From the NCBI GenBank assembly GCA_964607245.1, contig CAZSIB010000005.1:43203-107202 (forward strand): a stretch of 64,000 bases of DNA, given 5' to 3'. This stretch comes from an uncultured Pseudobdellovibrionaceae bacterium (GTDB lineage: Bacteria; Pseudomonadota; Alphaproteobacteria; Micavibrionales; Micavibrionaceae). Of the stretch, positions 36,597 to 45,542 are shown one piece after another. Every line of letters starts with the position of its first letter. Positions within the stretch are counted from its first letter, which is position 1. The notes below the pieces were generated by a model. It did not search any database. It was not told the origin of the DNA and was given only the letters and a program-made list of their open reading frames with translations. A program made the translations under genes and the position numbers.

Positions 36597-37769
36597 ATGA
36601 CCAAAGAAAAAACGGATATATTCATTCAGACTCAAGAAGCGCTGGATGATCTGATTGCGCGGATGCGCGGGTCCAAAGTGGTTTTTCTGGACACTGAATT
36701 CTTGCGCGAAAAGACCTATTATTCGCAACTTTGTGTTGTTCAGGCAAAAATCCCGAACCATGATCCGGTCGCGATTGATGCGCTTGCTCCCGATATTGAT
36801 CTCGCGCCCTTTTGGCAGGCGCTTCTTGACCCCACCATGATCAAGGTATTTCATGCGGGTCGCCAAGATCTTGAGATCATTGTCGATGCGTGCGGCCAGG
36901 TGCCAATGCCTTTATTCGATACGCAGATTGCAGCAAGTGTCCTGGGGTATGGGGATCAGGTGGGGTTTGAGACCCTCGCGCGTGTCATTTTAAAACAGCC
37001 CCTCGATAAGGGCTCTCAATTTACCGATTGGTCGCGACGACCGTTGACCGCGCGACAGCTCACCTATGCACTGGATGATGTGCGTTATCTCGAACCGATT
37101 TATACGCGGTTATCGACCGAGCTTCAGGCAAAAGGTCGGGCCGGATGGGTCGCGCAAGATCTTGAGAATATGACGCGGATTGAGACCTATCGTCTTGATC
37201 CTGCGACCTTGTGGCGGCGTGTGAAGATTAAATCGGACCGCCCGCGCGATCTGGCCGTACTTCAATCGCTTGCCATGTGGCGCGAGGAAGAGGCGCGCGC
37301 GCGGAACTTGCCCCGTGGGCGCATTTTAAAAGATGACCCGATGGCGGAAATTGCGCTGCATCACCCGTCTGATCTTGATGCGCTTGCGACTATTCGCGGG
37401 ATTGATAAGGGGATGGTGCGTGGGCGGTTGGGGGCTGGGTTGCTTCAGGCTGTGCGTCGGGGGTTAGATGTGCCAGAGGCCGCATGTCCCCGGGTTGCCA
37501 AGCGCAAGCCGATCAATGACGAACAAGAATTGCTCCTCGATATCTTGAAGCTTGTCGTGAAAATGCGCGCGCGCGAAATTGGCGTCGCGACCCGCATGCT
37601 GGCCTCGTCTGATGATCTCGATACACTGGTGCGCGAGGGATTTGACGCGTCGGCTCTGGCGTCCGGGTGGCGGTTTGATGTCTTGGGGCGGGATTTACTT
37701 GAAAATCCCCGGTTTTCGTTTCAATTTGATATCCAAGCCCAGCGCGTCACGCTGAATACGGCCCCTTAA
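36597..37769 (+). CDS. rnd: Ribonuclease D
   Basis: DEDD 3'-5' exonuclease motifs (FLDTEF; HAGRQDLE; Y.LDDV.YL) and an HRDC region. The start is taken at MTKEKTD, just after the hemN stop; the longer track ORF overlaps hemN. Confidence 0.9.
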   Translation: MTKEKTDIFIQTQEALDDLIARMRGSKVVFLDTEFLREKTYYSQLCVVQAKIPNHDPVAIDALAPDIDLAPFWQALLDPTMIKVFHAGRQDLEIIVDACGQVPMPLFDTQIAASVLGYGDQVGFETLARVILKQPLDKGSQFTDWSRRPLTARQLTYALDDVRYLEPIYTRLSTELQAKGRAGWVAQDLENMTRIETYRLDPATLWRRVKIKSDRPRDLAVLQSLAMWREEEARARNLPRGRILKDDPMAEIALHHPSDLDALATIRGIDKGMVRGRLGAGLLQAVRRGLDVPEAACPRVAKRKPINDEQELLLDILKLVVKMRAREIGVATRMLASSDDLDTLVREGFDASALASGWRFDVLGRDLLENPRFSFQFDIQAQRVTLNTAP

Positions 37770-37921
37770 TATACATAATATATAAATTTATCTCTTGCGC
37801 CCGGGCATCAAACCCGGTAGAAGATTTCAATTATCTCCCGTCAATTTATGATGTTCGTTTTTCCTTTGGGTCTTTAAAAGATCCGCGGTTACGAACCTGT
37901 GGGGAAAAGTAAAGGTAACAG

Positions 37922-38116
37922 ATGATGACTAAACCATTTGAATTTTTTCGTCAGGTCCGCGCGGAACTTGCCAAGATCCATTGGCCAACCCGCAAGGAAA
38001 CAACGATGAGCGCGATTGCCGTCTTTCTGATGGTGTCGGTTTGCGCCGTGTTTTTGTTTCTGACCGATCAAGTTTTGTCTTTTGTTGTTCGTCTTGTTTT
38101 GAATTTAGGGGCTTAA
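37922..38116 (+). CDS. secE: Preprotein translocase subunit SecE
   Basis: 64 aa. F..QV..EL.KI.WPTRKET followed by a single TM helix. Immediately upstream of nusG. Confidence 0.85.
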   Translation: MMTKPFEFFRQVRAELAKIHWPTRKETTMSAIAVFLMVSVCAVFLFLTDQVLSFVVRLVLNLGA

Positions 38117-38119
38117 ATC

Positions 38120-38650
38120 ATGAGTAAGCGTTGGTATGTCTTGCATGTCTATTCCGGCTTTGAAAACAAAGTTGCCGAAACAATTCAAGAGAAGGCCGCG
38201 CAAAAGGGCCTGTCGGACCGTATTGAACAAGTGATGGTCCCGACCGAAGAAATCGTCGAAATCAAACGTGGGCAAAAGGTGAATGCGGAACGCAAATTCT
38301 TTCCGGGCTATGTCTTGGCGAAAATCGATATGTCGGATGATATCTGGCATATGATCAAGGAAACGCCGAAAGTGACCGGATTTTTGGGTGCGGCGCATCG
38401 TCCTGTCCCGATTACCGAGGCCGAGGCCGAACGTCTGATCAAACAAATGCAGGACGGCGTCGATAATCCGCGTCCGAAAGTGACGTTTGAAATTGGCGAA
38501 GAAGTCAAAGTGGCCGAAGGTCCCTTTGCGTCCTTTAACGGAACGGTCGAAGAAGTCGACGAAGAAAAAGGCAAGGTCAAGGTATCGGTGTCGATCTTTG
38601 GTCGTGCAACCCCCGTTGAATTGGAATTTGCCCAGGTCGAAAAGATCTGA
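38120..38650 (+). CDS. nusG: Transcription termination/antitermination protein NusG
   Basis: KRWYVLHVYSGFENKV..., FPGYVL, and the KOW motif ...GEEVKVAEGPFASFNGTVEEVD.... Confidence 0.95.
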   Translation: MSKRWYVLHVYSGFENKVAETIQEKAAQKGLSDRIEQVMVPTEEIVEIKRGQKVNAERKFFPGYVLAKIDMSDDIWHMIKETPKVTGFLGAAHRPVPITEAEAERLIKQMQDGVDNPRPKVTFEIGEEVKVAEGPFASFNGTVEEVDEEKGKVKVSVSIFGRATPVELEFAQVEKI

Positions 38651-38718
38651 TTCGATTCGGGCCGTTCAAATCTTTCCCTTTTCTTGCACAAAGAACACAT
38701 CAGGGCTAAGCTTGTCTT

Positions 38719-39474
38719 ATGAAGATTGGCGCCTATGATTTTAAGGAATTTTATGCAACCCCCATTGGGGCGGTTGTAGCTCATGCGGTCTATACCGCCC
38801 TTGCGCGGTTGTGGCCCAGTATGACAGGCCGACGGATTGTTGTTTTCGGCTATGGCGCGCCGTATACGATGGCGTTTCAAGGGGCGGAGCGTGTGGCGTA
38901 TTTCATGTCCCCGGATCAAGGGGCGTTTCCCTGGCCCGATCCCGCAAAAAATCAAGTCGCGATTGCCGCGCGAACCGCGATCCCGATTGAAACAAATTCG
39001 GTGGATGGTGTCGTTTTGATTCATTCGCTTGAATTCACAAACGCCGTCGCCCCGCATTTGGATGAAATTTGGCGGATCCTCAAAAGTCAGGGGCGGCTCT
39101 TGATCGTTGTCCCAAACCGCATTGGGTTTTGGTCACGGGTTGATTGGGCACCCTTTGGGCAAGGCACGCCGTTTTCCCTTTCTCAGGTACATCGCCACTT
39201 GCGTGAGGCGTTATTTATCCCGGAACGTCACACCCCGATTCTGTATGCCCTGCCCATACGGTCGCGCCTGCTCTTGCGTCTTGCGCCGTTTCTGGAACGC
39301 TATGCGGGATATGTGGTGCCCGCGCTGGCCGGCTTGCATGTGGTGGAGGCCAGTAAAAAAGTCTATGCGGGCTTGGCCTTGCCCGTGCGTGAACGTCAAC
39401 GGGTGACAGGTGAGGTGGATGTTCTGGCGGGCGCAAGCGGCGCTCCACGCGAATCATCATCAACCGGCCAATAA
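38719..39474 (+). CDS. Class I SAM-dependent methyltransferase (Methyltransf_11-like)
   Basis: ...VVFGYG...(motif I-like), ...VDGVVLIHSLEF......L.EIWRILKSQGRLLIVVPNR.... The 3' end overlaps the convergent gene by 79 nt, so the C-terminus may be over-extended. Confidence 0.7.
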   Translation: MKIGAYDFKEFYATPIGAVVAHAVYTALARLWPSMTGRRIVVFGYGAPYTMAFQGAERVAYFMSPDQGAFPWPDPAKNQVAIAARTAIPIETNSVDGVVLIHSLEFTNAVAPHLDEIWRILKSQGRLLIVVPNRIGFWSRVDWAPFGQGTPFSLSQVHRHLREALFIPERHTPILYALPIRSRLLLRLAPFLERYAGYVVPALAGLHVVEASKKVYAGLALPVRERQRVTGEVDVLAGASGAPRESSSTGQ

Positions 39475-41036
39475 ATCATCCCCATATACGCAAGCTTAAG
39501 CGGCCCTGCAAAAATGCGACCGTCTTTTAACCGCAGCGTGATGGGCAAGTGTCGGGACTGATCTTTGGGATCAATCACCATCAATGAATCAAATACGCCG
39601 GTGATAAAAGATTTACCCATGGGGTGGGGAATCGCGTTTGCTAAAACGTCGCGAATGTTTTCTGCGTTTGAAAAATTAAGATCCAGCGTGCCTTGGGGTT
39701 GTAGGTTTTCGTCATAGGACAGGGCACCCGACCCTGTGAGATGGCTTAACACAAAATCGCCGACCGATGCATTCCGGATATCCAGGGCGTGCAAGCGATA
39801 GGTGGTTCCTAACGCATGAAGTTTTTGAACAGCAGATTTTGTCCAGGTGGTTGGCAGGGACGCGGGAATTTCGAAAACCATTTGGATATGATCAATAGTC
39901 ATTTCCTGGGTCAGGTTTTTGTTGTTGGGGTCGGCACTGAAATGCGGTATTCCAAAAATTTGATTGTTCATCGGGCCGTCGATGGTGAGATCTTGGACGT
40001 TAATCGTCAGGTGTTGCCCGGGGATCGGCCAGAAACGCATGTGAAATTGGCCGAGAGCGATCTTGGTTTTGTCTTTGGCGGTGATCTGTCCGCGCCAGAT
40101 CATGTGGAATCGTCCGGGATACCCAATGATGCGCGGTGGCGGTGCAGACAGGGTTAAATCCGATGTGTTCATCGTTTCCCAACTTTGTGCAATTTCACGC
40201 TCCAGATGATGCGCAAAAAAGAACCACGCCGCGGTATAGCCAAGAATGAGGATCGCCCCAAAGCCCAAGGCGAAATCCCAAAACCGCGCGGGGCGTTTCA
40301 CCCCCAGATGTTCCCGCGCGCGTTCAACCAGCAAGGCGCTTTCGGTTTCAAGACTGTGTTCCAGACGCGCCATAAAATCATCATGAGCCAGGCCGGGGGG
40401 AATGGGGGGTAGAAATTTAAGTGTGACCACGCCGCCGCGTTTAAAAAATGCATTGCGCGGCCAAAACAATCCTGAATTGAGGGCAAGCGGGACGACCGGG
40501 ATATTCAAGCTTTGGTAAATTTCACTCACCCCGCGTTTATACGGTTTTTGCGATGGACTTTCCCCGACTGCCACGCGCGTGCCTTGAGGAAAAATCACAA
40601 CCGTATGCCCCTTTTCGGCAGCGTTTTGAACGCCTTGCACCATTTGTATCAGGGCTTCACGCGGCTTGCTGCGGTTGATGCCGATATTGCCAGCCTTGGC
40701 CGCATACCATCCCCAAAAGGGGATCCGCAGCAACTCGCGCTTTAAAATCACCACGGGCTGCTCAAACAACAAAGGGAGTTTCAATGTTTCAAAGGCTGAT
40801 TGATGCTTGGCTGCAACCATATAAGGCTGATCTTGCGGAAGATATCCCGCTCCTTCAACAACGTAATCTAGACCTAAAAGATTGCGCTCGCACCACGCGA
40901 CCCACCGAAAATATTGGCGGATAAAAGGGATATAAAGCGGTTCGGGCAGCAGCAAAGACGGCAAGATCAAAATGCCAATCGCGAACGTCCCGACGTAATA
41001 AACAATATTAAAGAGGAGCGTGCTTACGATCATCAT
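39396..41036 (-). CDS. Lysophospholipid acyltransferase (PlsC-like) fused to a DUF2125-like C-terminal domain
   Basis: Acyltransferase motifs AAKHQSAFET (H-x4-E/D variant) and VVIFPQGTRV are followed by a TM helix and about 290 aa resembling DUF2125 (...IIGYPGRFHMIW.G...). The ATG at 41036 overlaps the stop of the upstream gene (ATGA). Confidence 0.7.
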   Translation of the reverse strand: MMIVSTLLFNIVYYVGTFAIGILILPSLLLPEPLYIPFIRQYFRWVAWCERNLLGLDYVVEGAGYLPQDQPYMVAAKHQSAFETLKLPLLFEQPVVILKRELLRIPFWGWYAAKAGNIGINRSKPREALIQMVQGVQNAAEKGHTVVIFPQGTRVAVGESPSQKPYKRGVSEIYQSLNIPVVPLALNSGLFWPRNAFFKRGGVVTLKFLPPIPPGLAHDDFMARLEHSLETESALLVERAREHLGVKRPARFWDFALGFGAILILGYTAAWFFFAHHLEREIAQSWETMNTSDLTLSAPPPRIIGYPGRFHMIWRGQITAKDKTKIALGQFHMRFWPIPGQHLTINVQDLTIDGPMNNQIFGIPHFSADPNNKNLTQEMTIDHIQMVFEIPASLPTTWTKSAVQKLHALGTTYRLHALDIRNASVGDFVLSHLTGSGALSYDENLQPQGTLDLNFSNAENIRDVLANAIPHPMGKSFITGVFDSLMVIDPKDQSRHLPITLRLKDGRIFAGPLKLAYMGMIYWPVDDDSRGAPLAPARTSTSPVTR

Positions 41037-41671
41037 GGGAATGTGCCTGTATAAGAAGACAACGCCCGACGCCCATCTTGAACCCATCGCCGCGCGGCCA
41101 CCAGAATTGTTTTGTGATATTCCTTGAGGACCAAACGTACACCATCTGGCGACCACAGGGCAAAACGTCGTGACTTGACCGGATGGGGAATAATCTGAAC
41201 ATCGGGGATGATATTCCGCATTTCAAGCCAGGCGCGCGGCATGTGGTAATTCGCGGTGACTAGGCGCAGCCGGGTAATATGACGGTCCTTTACCCAAAGA
41301 GCGGTCTCGCGGGCATTACTGGATGTATTTGTCGCTTGAAACCCCAAGGTAACACAACAGGGGATCTTTCGCGGGTCAATCCCCGATTGCGCGGCCAGAT
41401 CGGCAAGGCGTGTTCCGGGATAAACGCCACTGATCAACAGCTCTTTCCCTGCACGTTTTTGAAGAAGTTCAATCCCTGTTGCGACACGGTCGGCCCCGCC
41501 GGTCAGGACGACAATTCCATCCGCCTTGACCGAAAGCGGGGTGGGGGACATCACGGCGATGCTGATCATAAAACTGATGAGACCCAATCCCCACAGAACA
41601 CCCAAGCCGACAAGGCTTAAAAGCGGTGTCAGAAACAGATAGCGCCAAATCCGAAAGGAGGTGAAAATCAT
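41033..41671 (-). CDS. YdcF/ElyC/SanA (DUF218) family protein
   Basis: An N-terminal TM helix, then ...GIVVLTGGADRV..G..LL......LLISGV.......T.T..NA.ET..W.......L.LVT..YHMPRA.... Confidence 0.8.
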   Translation of the reverse strand: MIFTSFRIWRYLFLTPLLSLVGLGVLWGLGLISFMISIAVMSPTPLSVKADGIVVLTGGADRVATGIELLQKRAGKELLISGVYPGTRLADLAAQSGIDPRKIPCCVTLGFQATNTSSNARETALWVKDRHITRLRLVTANYHMPRAWLEMRNIIPDVQIIPHPVKSRRFALWSPDGVRLVLKEYHKTILVAARRWVQDGRRALSSYTGTFP

Positions 41672-41678
41672 GCTACCT

Positions 41679-42629
41679 TTATGGCATGTCTTGCAGCGTT
41701 TGCAAAACAGTCAATCGTGTTGTGAATACGGTAATTAAGCACGTGAGGATCGGGATCGCAAGAAGGATAATAAACGCTTTTCCAGAAAGGATAAGTGCCG
41801 GGACCAAGGCCAGATCAACGGTTCCCGCCAAATTATCGATCAAAACCAAGGTCATCATCGCCAAAAGAAATCCGATCCCGGCACCCATAAAAGAAAGTTG
41901 GAGTGCATGTTTTTGAAACTGGCGGGTAATGTATTCATCCGATGCGCCGATCAGGTGAAGGATTTCAAGCTGTTCATGAAACGCCGCCATCCGGGCGCGG
42001 ACCGCGCCACTGACCGCCGAGACAGTGGTCACAGTTGTAATCAATCCAATCAGGTAGGCCGCAAAGCTTAACGTACTTGTTAAACGCAAAACATCGTTGA
42101 GCCAGCTTTGGTGTGTTTCTATTTTTGCTGTTGGAACAATGTTTTGGATCCCGATTTGAAGAGGCCCAATGACCTTGCCCGTATCCCCGATAAGGGTCAC
42201 ACTGAGCAAAGCGGGAAGGGGCATTTGGCCCAATATTTTTTGATCCGACCCCAGCCAGGGTTCAACCAATTTTGCAACGGCCGCGGGGTCCTCAACTTTG
42301 ACCGTGCGCACAGCAGGGTTTGCGACAAGCCAGGTATGGAGGGCTGTTATTTTTTCCTGGTGCTGCGCATTCGTCAAATGCGTGCCATTTTGATCAAGGA
42401 CAGGCACTTCAATCGTCATATGGTTGGCAAGGCCCGTACTCCACCGCGCCGCCATACTGGTCAAGACCATGCCGCCTGCACCTGAGAGAATGGCAAGATA
42501 GGTCATGAGGCCAATGAGGAGAATAAGGAAACGCCCCGCGCGGTCATCGTGAAACGGTAAATCATATTCGCGTTTTTCGGGAGCCAGGCCCAGGCGCGCC
42601 AGATTTTGACGAGGCAAAGAAACTTTCAT
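41679..42629 (-). CDS. ftsX: Cell division protein FtsX (permease-like)
   Basis: Four-TM FtsX-like topology with a large periplasmic loop. Translationally coupled (ATGA) to ftsE upstream. Confidence 0.85.
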   Translation of the reverse strand: MKVSLPRQNLARLGLAPEKREYDLPFHDDRAGRFLILLIGLMTYLAILSGAGGMVLTSMAARWSTGLANHMTIEVPVLDQNGTHLTNAQHQEKITALHTWLVANPAVRTVKVEDPAAVAKLVEPWLGSDQKILGQMPLPALLSVTLIGDTGKVIGPLQIGIQNIVPTAKIETHQSWLNDVLRLTSTLSFAAYLIGLITTVTTVSAVSGAVRARMAAFHEQLEILHLIGASDEYITRQFQKHALQLSFMGAGIGFLLAMMTLVLIDNLAGTVDLALVPALILSGKAFIILLAIPILTCLITVFTTRLTVLQTLQDMP

Positions 42630-43321
42630 GATTTTTTCTCGCCCCCGCGGTGTTTAGTGCCTGGTTTTTCAATGCGCAAATGGCCCTTATCCAGGACCAT
42701 GCAATCATGCGGGAAATGGTCGATCAAAAGTTGATTATGGGTGGCGATCAAAATCGTTGTGCCCATGCGGTTCAGTTGTTCAAAAAGGTTAAGGAGTTTA
42801 TACCCAATCTCGTCATCCAAATTTCCGGTGGGTTCATCCGCCAAAAGCAAGCGCGGGCGGTTGATGACCGCGCGCGCAATCGCAATGCGCTGTTGCTGCC
42901 CGCCCGAGAGTGTACTCGGTAACGCGTGCATATGATCCCCAAGCCCGATCCAATCGAGAATTTCTTCGACATTATTTCGGATTTCGGTTTCGGGTCGTCC
43001 CACGATGCGCAAGGGCAAGGCCACGTTATCAAAGGCCGACATATGCCCCAAAAGCCGGAAATCCTGGAACACGACGCCAATGCGTTGACGCAAGGGGACA
43101 AGGTTTTCGCGCTTTAATGTACTAATATTTTGATTAAACATCGAAATCAGGCCGCGCGTAGGGCGTCGTCCCAGATATAAAAGCCGCATGAGCGAGGTTT
43201 TCCCCGCACCTGAGGGCCCGACCAAAAAATGGAATGATCCCGAATCAAGGGTAAAGGAAATGTCACTAATGACTTCCGGCCCAATGCCATAACGTAGCCC
43301 AACATTGTCAAAACGGATCAA
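42626..43321 (-). CDS. ftsE: Cell division ATP-binding protein FtsE
   Basis: (M)IRFDNVGLRYG..., Walker A GPSGAGKTS, the ABC signature LSGGQQQR and Walker B LLLADEPTGNLD. The start is uncertain: TTG 43321 (SD-like GAGAGGGA upstream, canonical length), ATG 43366 or ATG 43438. Confidence 0.9.
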   Translation of the reverse strand: MIRFDNVGLRYGIGPEVISDISFTLDSGSFHFLVGPSGAGKTSLMRLLYLGRRPTRGLISMFNQNISTLKRENLVPLRQRIGVVFQDFRLLGHMSAFDNVALPLRIVGRPETEIRNNVEEILDWIGLGDHMHALPSTLSGGQQQRIAIARAVINRPRLLLADEPTGNLDDEIGYKLLNLFEQLNRMGTTILIATHNQLLIDHFPHDCMVLDKGHLRIEKPGTKHRGGEKKS

Positions 43322-43436
43322 GGTCGACACATCCCTCTCGATTTTGTGTACCGATTGGCCCGGCATCTTGATACCGCGCGCAGGGGAATTTATAAAGGAG
43401 AGGCGCGTCAGAGAGAAGATTCTTTTTTTGGTTTTC

Positions 43437-44192
43437 ATGTTAATTATCGATTGCCCGCATTGTATGGCTCAGTTTCGGGTTCCGCCTGGGGCGATTCCGC
43501 CTTCTGGCCGGGATTTGCGGTGCTCATCTTGTGGGCATCAATGGCATTATATTGAACCCTTCTTTGCGGATGTCCCAGATACATCCGATCACAAATTGAT
43601 GGACGCGTTGGCCCCAGATGCATCGGATGAGGATCTTAATTTTGCGGATATCTTAAAAAATACGGCGTTGCCCGATATGCCGATCCCATCGGTAGGGGCC
43701 GCGCTCGGACCCTCCCCGTCCTGGACAAAGCCGCAATCAGGTGTGATGAGATTTTTTGCGCAATATGGCCCTGCGGGTTTGGGGTATGTCGCAGCGACAG
43801 CGGCGGCAATTTTATTCTTCTGGGGGGTGTCGACGGGGCAGGGGGTGATGACGATGATCATCCCGAGATTAAAGGTCGTCTATGAACTTGTCGGGGGGCC
43901 GTTACCGCCCGCGCCGCCGCCTTTTATTTTTGACCGCGTGACTTTTGTGCGGGAAAGCGGAAGTATGAAGATCACGGGCCAAGTTGTGAACCAAACAAAC
44001 GCCCAGCGTAATATCCCCGTTATTCGCGTGACATTGACCGAATCGGGGGATCCCGACCCGGTCGCCCGTTGGGATTTTCGCGCCGATAAAACTTTTGCGG
44101 ATGTGAAATCTGCTGTGGCCTTTGTGACCACACAAAAAGACGCGCTCGACATGGCCGCGGATACGCTCTCTCTTGAATTTGTGACCGATTGA
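43437..44192 (+). CDS. MJ0042-type zinc-ribbon protein with a TM helix and a DUF3426-like C-terminal domain
   Basis: MLIIDCPHCMAQFRVPPGAIPPSGRDLRCSSCGHQWHY is the MJ0042 finger. Divergent from ftsEX, as in many alphaproteobacteria. Confidence 0.75.
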   Translation: MLIIDCPHCMAQFRVPPGAIPPSGRDLRCSSCGHQWHYIEPFFADVPDTSDHKLMDALAPDASDEDLNFADILKNTALPDMPIPSVGAALGPSPSWTKPQSGVMRFFAQYGPAGLGYVAATAAAILFFWGVSTGQGVMTMIIPRLKVVYELVGGPLPPAPPPFIFDRVTFVRESGSMKITGQVVNQTNAQRNIPVIRVTLTESGDPDPVARWDFRADKTFADVKSAVAFVTTQKDALDMAADTLSLEFVTD

Positions 44193-44429
44193 CATGACTT
44201 TTTTTGGGCTTTATCCCCGTGCCTTTTTATATACATATTATTTTCCTTAAAAATGTCTTGACGCGGGGTAAGGCATCGGTTAAAAACCACCCACTCGTCC
44301 AAGACCGCTGGTCAGGGGAAACCCCGTAAATCCTGCGTTAGATGGGGAAAATAAAGGCACCGCACGTGGGGCGATCCCACAAATTTGGTGTCCCTTTTCT
44401 TCCAATCTTTTATTTTGGTATTTGGACGG

Positions 44430-44457
44430 GGCGATGGCAACATCGCCTTTTTATTTT
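44430..44457 (+). promoter_or_regulatory. Terminator-like hairpin inside the rplJ leader (possible attenuator)
   Basis: GGCGATG-GCAA-CATCGCC followed by TTTTTATTTT, 26 nt upstream of the rplJ ATG. The GGGGCGAT segment is repeated about 60 nt upstream inside a second hairpin (GTGGG-GCGAT-CCCAC). Confidence 0.45.
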
Positions 44458-44483
44458 GGAATTTTGACGAAAGGGCAATCAAC

Positions 44484-44975
44484 ATGCCGATGAATAAAGC
44501 GAAGAAAGCAGAAGAACTGGACATCGTCCAGGCCCTGCTCAAGGATACGGATGCAATTATTGTCACCGAAAACAAAGGGATGACGGTCAAGCAAGTCATG
44601 GAACTGCGCCGCGCGGCCAGTGCCGAAGGGGCGACGTATAAAGTCTCCAAAAACTCGCTCTCGAAAATTGCGCTCAAAGGCACAAAATTCGAAGGGATTC
44701 TGGATATGTTCAAGGGGCCGACGGGCTTGATCCTGTCCAAGGACCCGCTGTCTGCCGCGCGCGTTGCGCATAAATTCGCCAGCACCAGCAATGATAAATT
44801 GGTCATTGTTGGCGGCGCGGCCGAGGACAAGCGGCTTGAGAAAAAAGATATCGCGTATTATGCGGCGTTGCCGACACTCGATCAACTGCGTGGGAAATTG
44901 GTGGGTCTGTTACAAGCGCCTGCCGCACAGCTTGCGCGTTTGGCCGATGCCTACTCCAAGAAAGAGGCGGCGTAA
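44484..44975 (+). CDS. rplJ: 50S ribosomal protein L10
   Basis: (MP)MNKAKKAEELDIVQALLKDTDAIIVTENKGMTVKQVMELRRA... is canonical L10. The start is taken at ATG 44484 (AAAGGG 8 nt upstream); ATG 44490 is also possible. Confidence 0.9.
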   Translation: MPMNKAKKAEELDIVQALLKDTDAIIVTENKGMTVKQVMELRRAASAEGATYKVSKNSLSKIALKGTKFEGILDMFKGPTGLILSKDPLSAARVAHKFASTSNDKLVIVGGAAEDKRLEKKDIAYYAALPTLDQLRGKLVGLLQAPAAQLARLADAYSKKEAA

Positions 44976-45055
44976 GAATTTGGTGGCCCCGGTGTGTGCC
45001 GGGGCAACAATAAACAGAGTTTTTTTAAGACAACAGCTTTTTATAGGAGAAAATC

Positions 45056-45424
45056 ATGGCTGCAGATCTGAATAAAATCGTTGAGGACTTGTCGAAACTG
45101 TCGGTGCTGGAAGCCGCGGAACTCGCCAAGTTGCTGGAAGAAAAATGGGGCGTATCGGCCGCTGCGCCGGTCGCTGTTGCGGCTGCTGCGGGTGCGGCTC
45201 CGGCGGAAGAAAAAGACAGCTTTGACATTATCTTGGAAAACGCTGGGGCGAACAAGATCAACGTCATTAAAGAAGTGCGTGCAATCACTGGTTTGGGCCT
45301 GGCCGAAGCCAAGGCGCTGGTCGACGGCGCGCCCAAGGCCGTTAAAGAAGGTGTCAACAAAGATGACGCCAAGAAGTTTGAAGAACAACTGAAAGCCGCC
45401 GGCGCGACAGTGACCGTGAAATAA
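45056..45424 (+). CDS. rplL: 50S ribosomal protein L7/L12
   Basis: [33 protein letters not shown]..., an Ala-rich hinge, ...[28 protein letters not shown]..., ATVTVK. Confidence 0.95.
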   Translation: MAADLNKIVEDLSKLSVLEAAELAKLLEEKWGVSAAAPVAVAAAAGAAPAEEKDSFDIILENAGANKINVIKEVRAITGLGLAEAKALVDGAPKAVKEGVNKDDAKKFEEQLKAAGATVTVK

Positions 45425-45436
45425 ATTTCATGGTCA

Positions 45437-45466
45437 TCCCGGAAACGCCGGAGGCGTTATCCGGGA
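45437..45466 (+). other. Long stem-loop just after rplL (13 bp with one bulge, no T-run)
   Basis: TCCCGGAAACGCC-GGA-GGCGTTATCCGGGA. Possibly an RNA processing or stability element. Read directly. Confidence 0.5.
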
Positions 45467-45491
45467 CCTTCCGCCACAATCTCGAACAAAT

Positions 45492-45521
45492 AAAAACCAC
45501 CCTGAAAAGGGTGGTTTTTTT
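45492..45521. terminator. Bidirectional intrinsic terminator (rplL on plus, ORF 45543-45857 on minus)
   Basis: AACCACCC-TGAAAA-GGGTGGTT, flanked by an A5 run on the 5' side and a T7 run on the 3' side. Confidence 0.75.
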
Positions 45522-45542
45522 GATTTATTCAGCGCTCATGTT

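Noticed and set aside
39396-39474. Long convergent 3' overlaps: 79 nt here, 119 nt at 61147-61265 and 59 nt at 28794-28852.
   Set aside because: I considered these as signs of misassembly or antisense regulation. The overlapping tails are low-complexity and unconserved-looking. Chance extension of ORFs past the true functional C-terminus is the simpler explanation.
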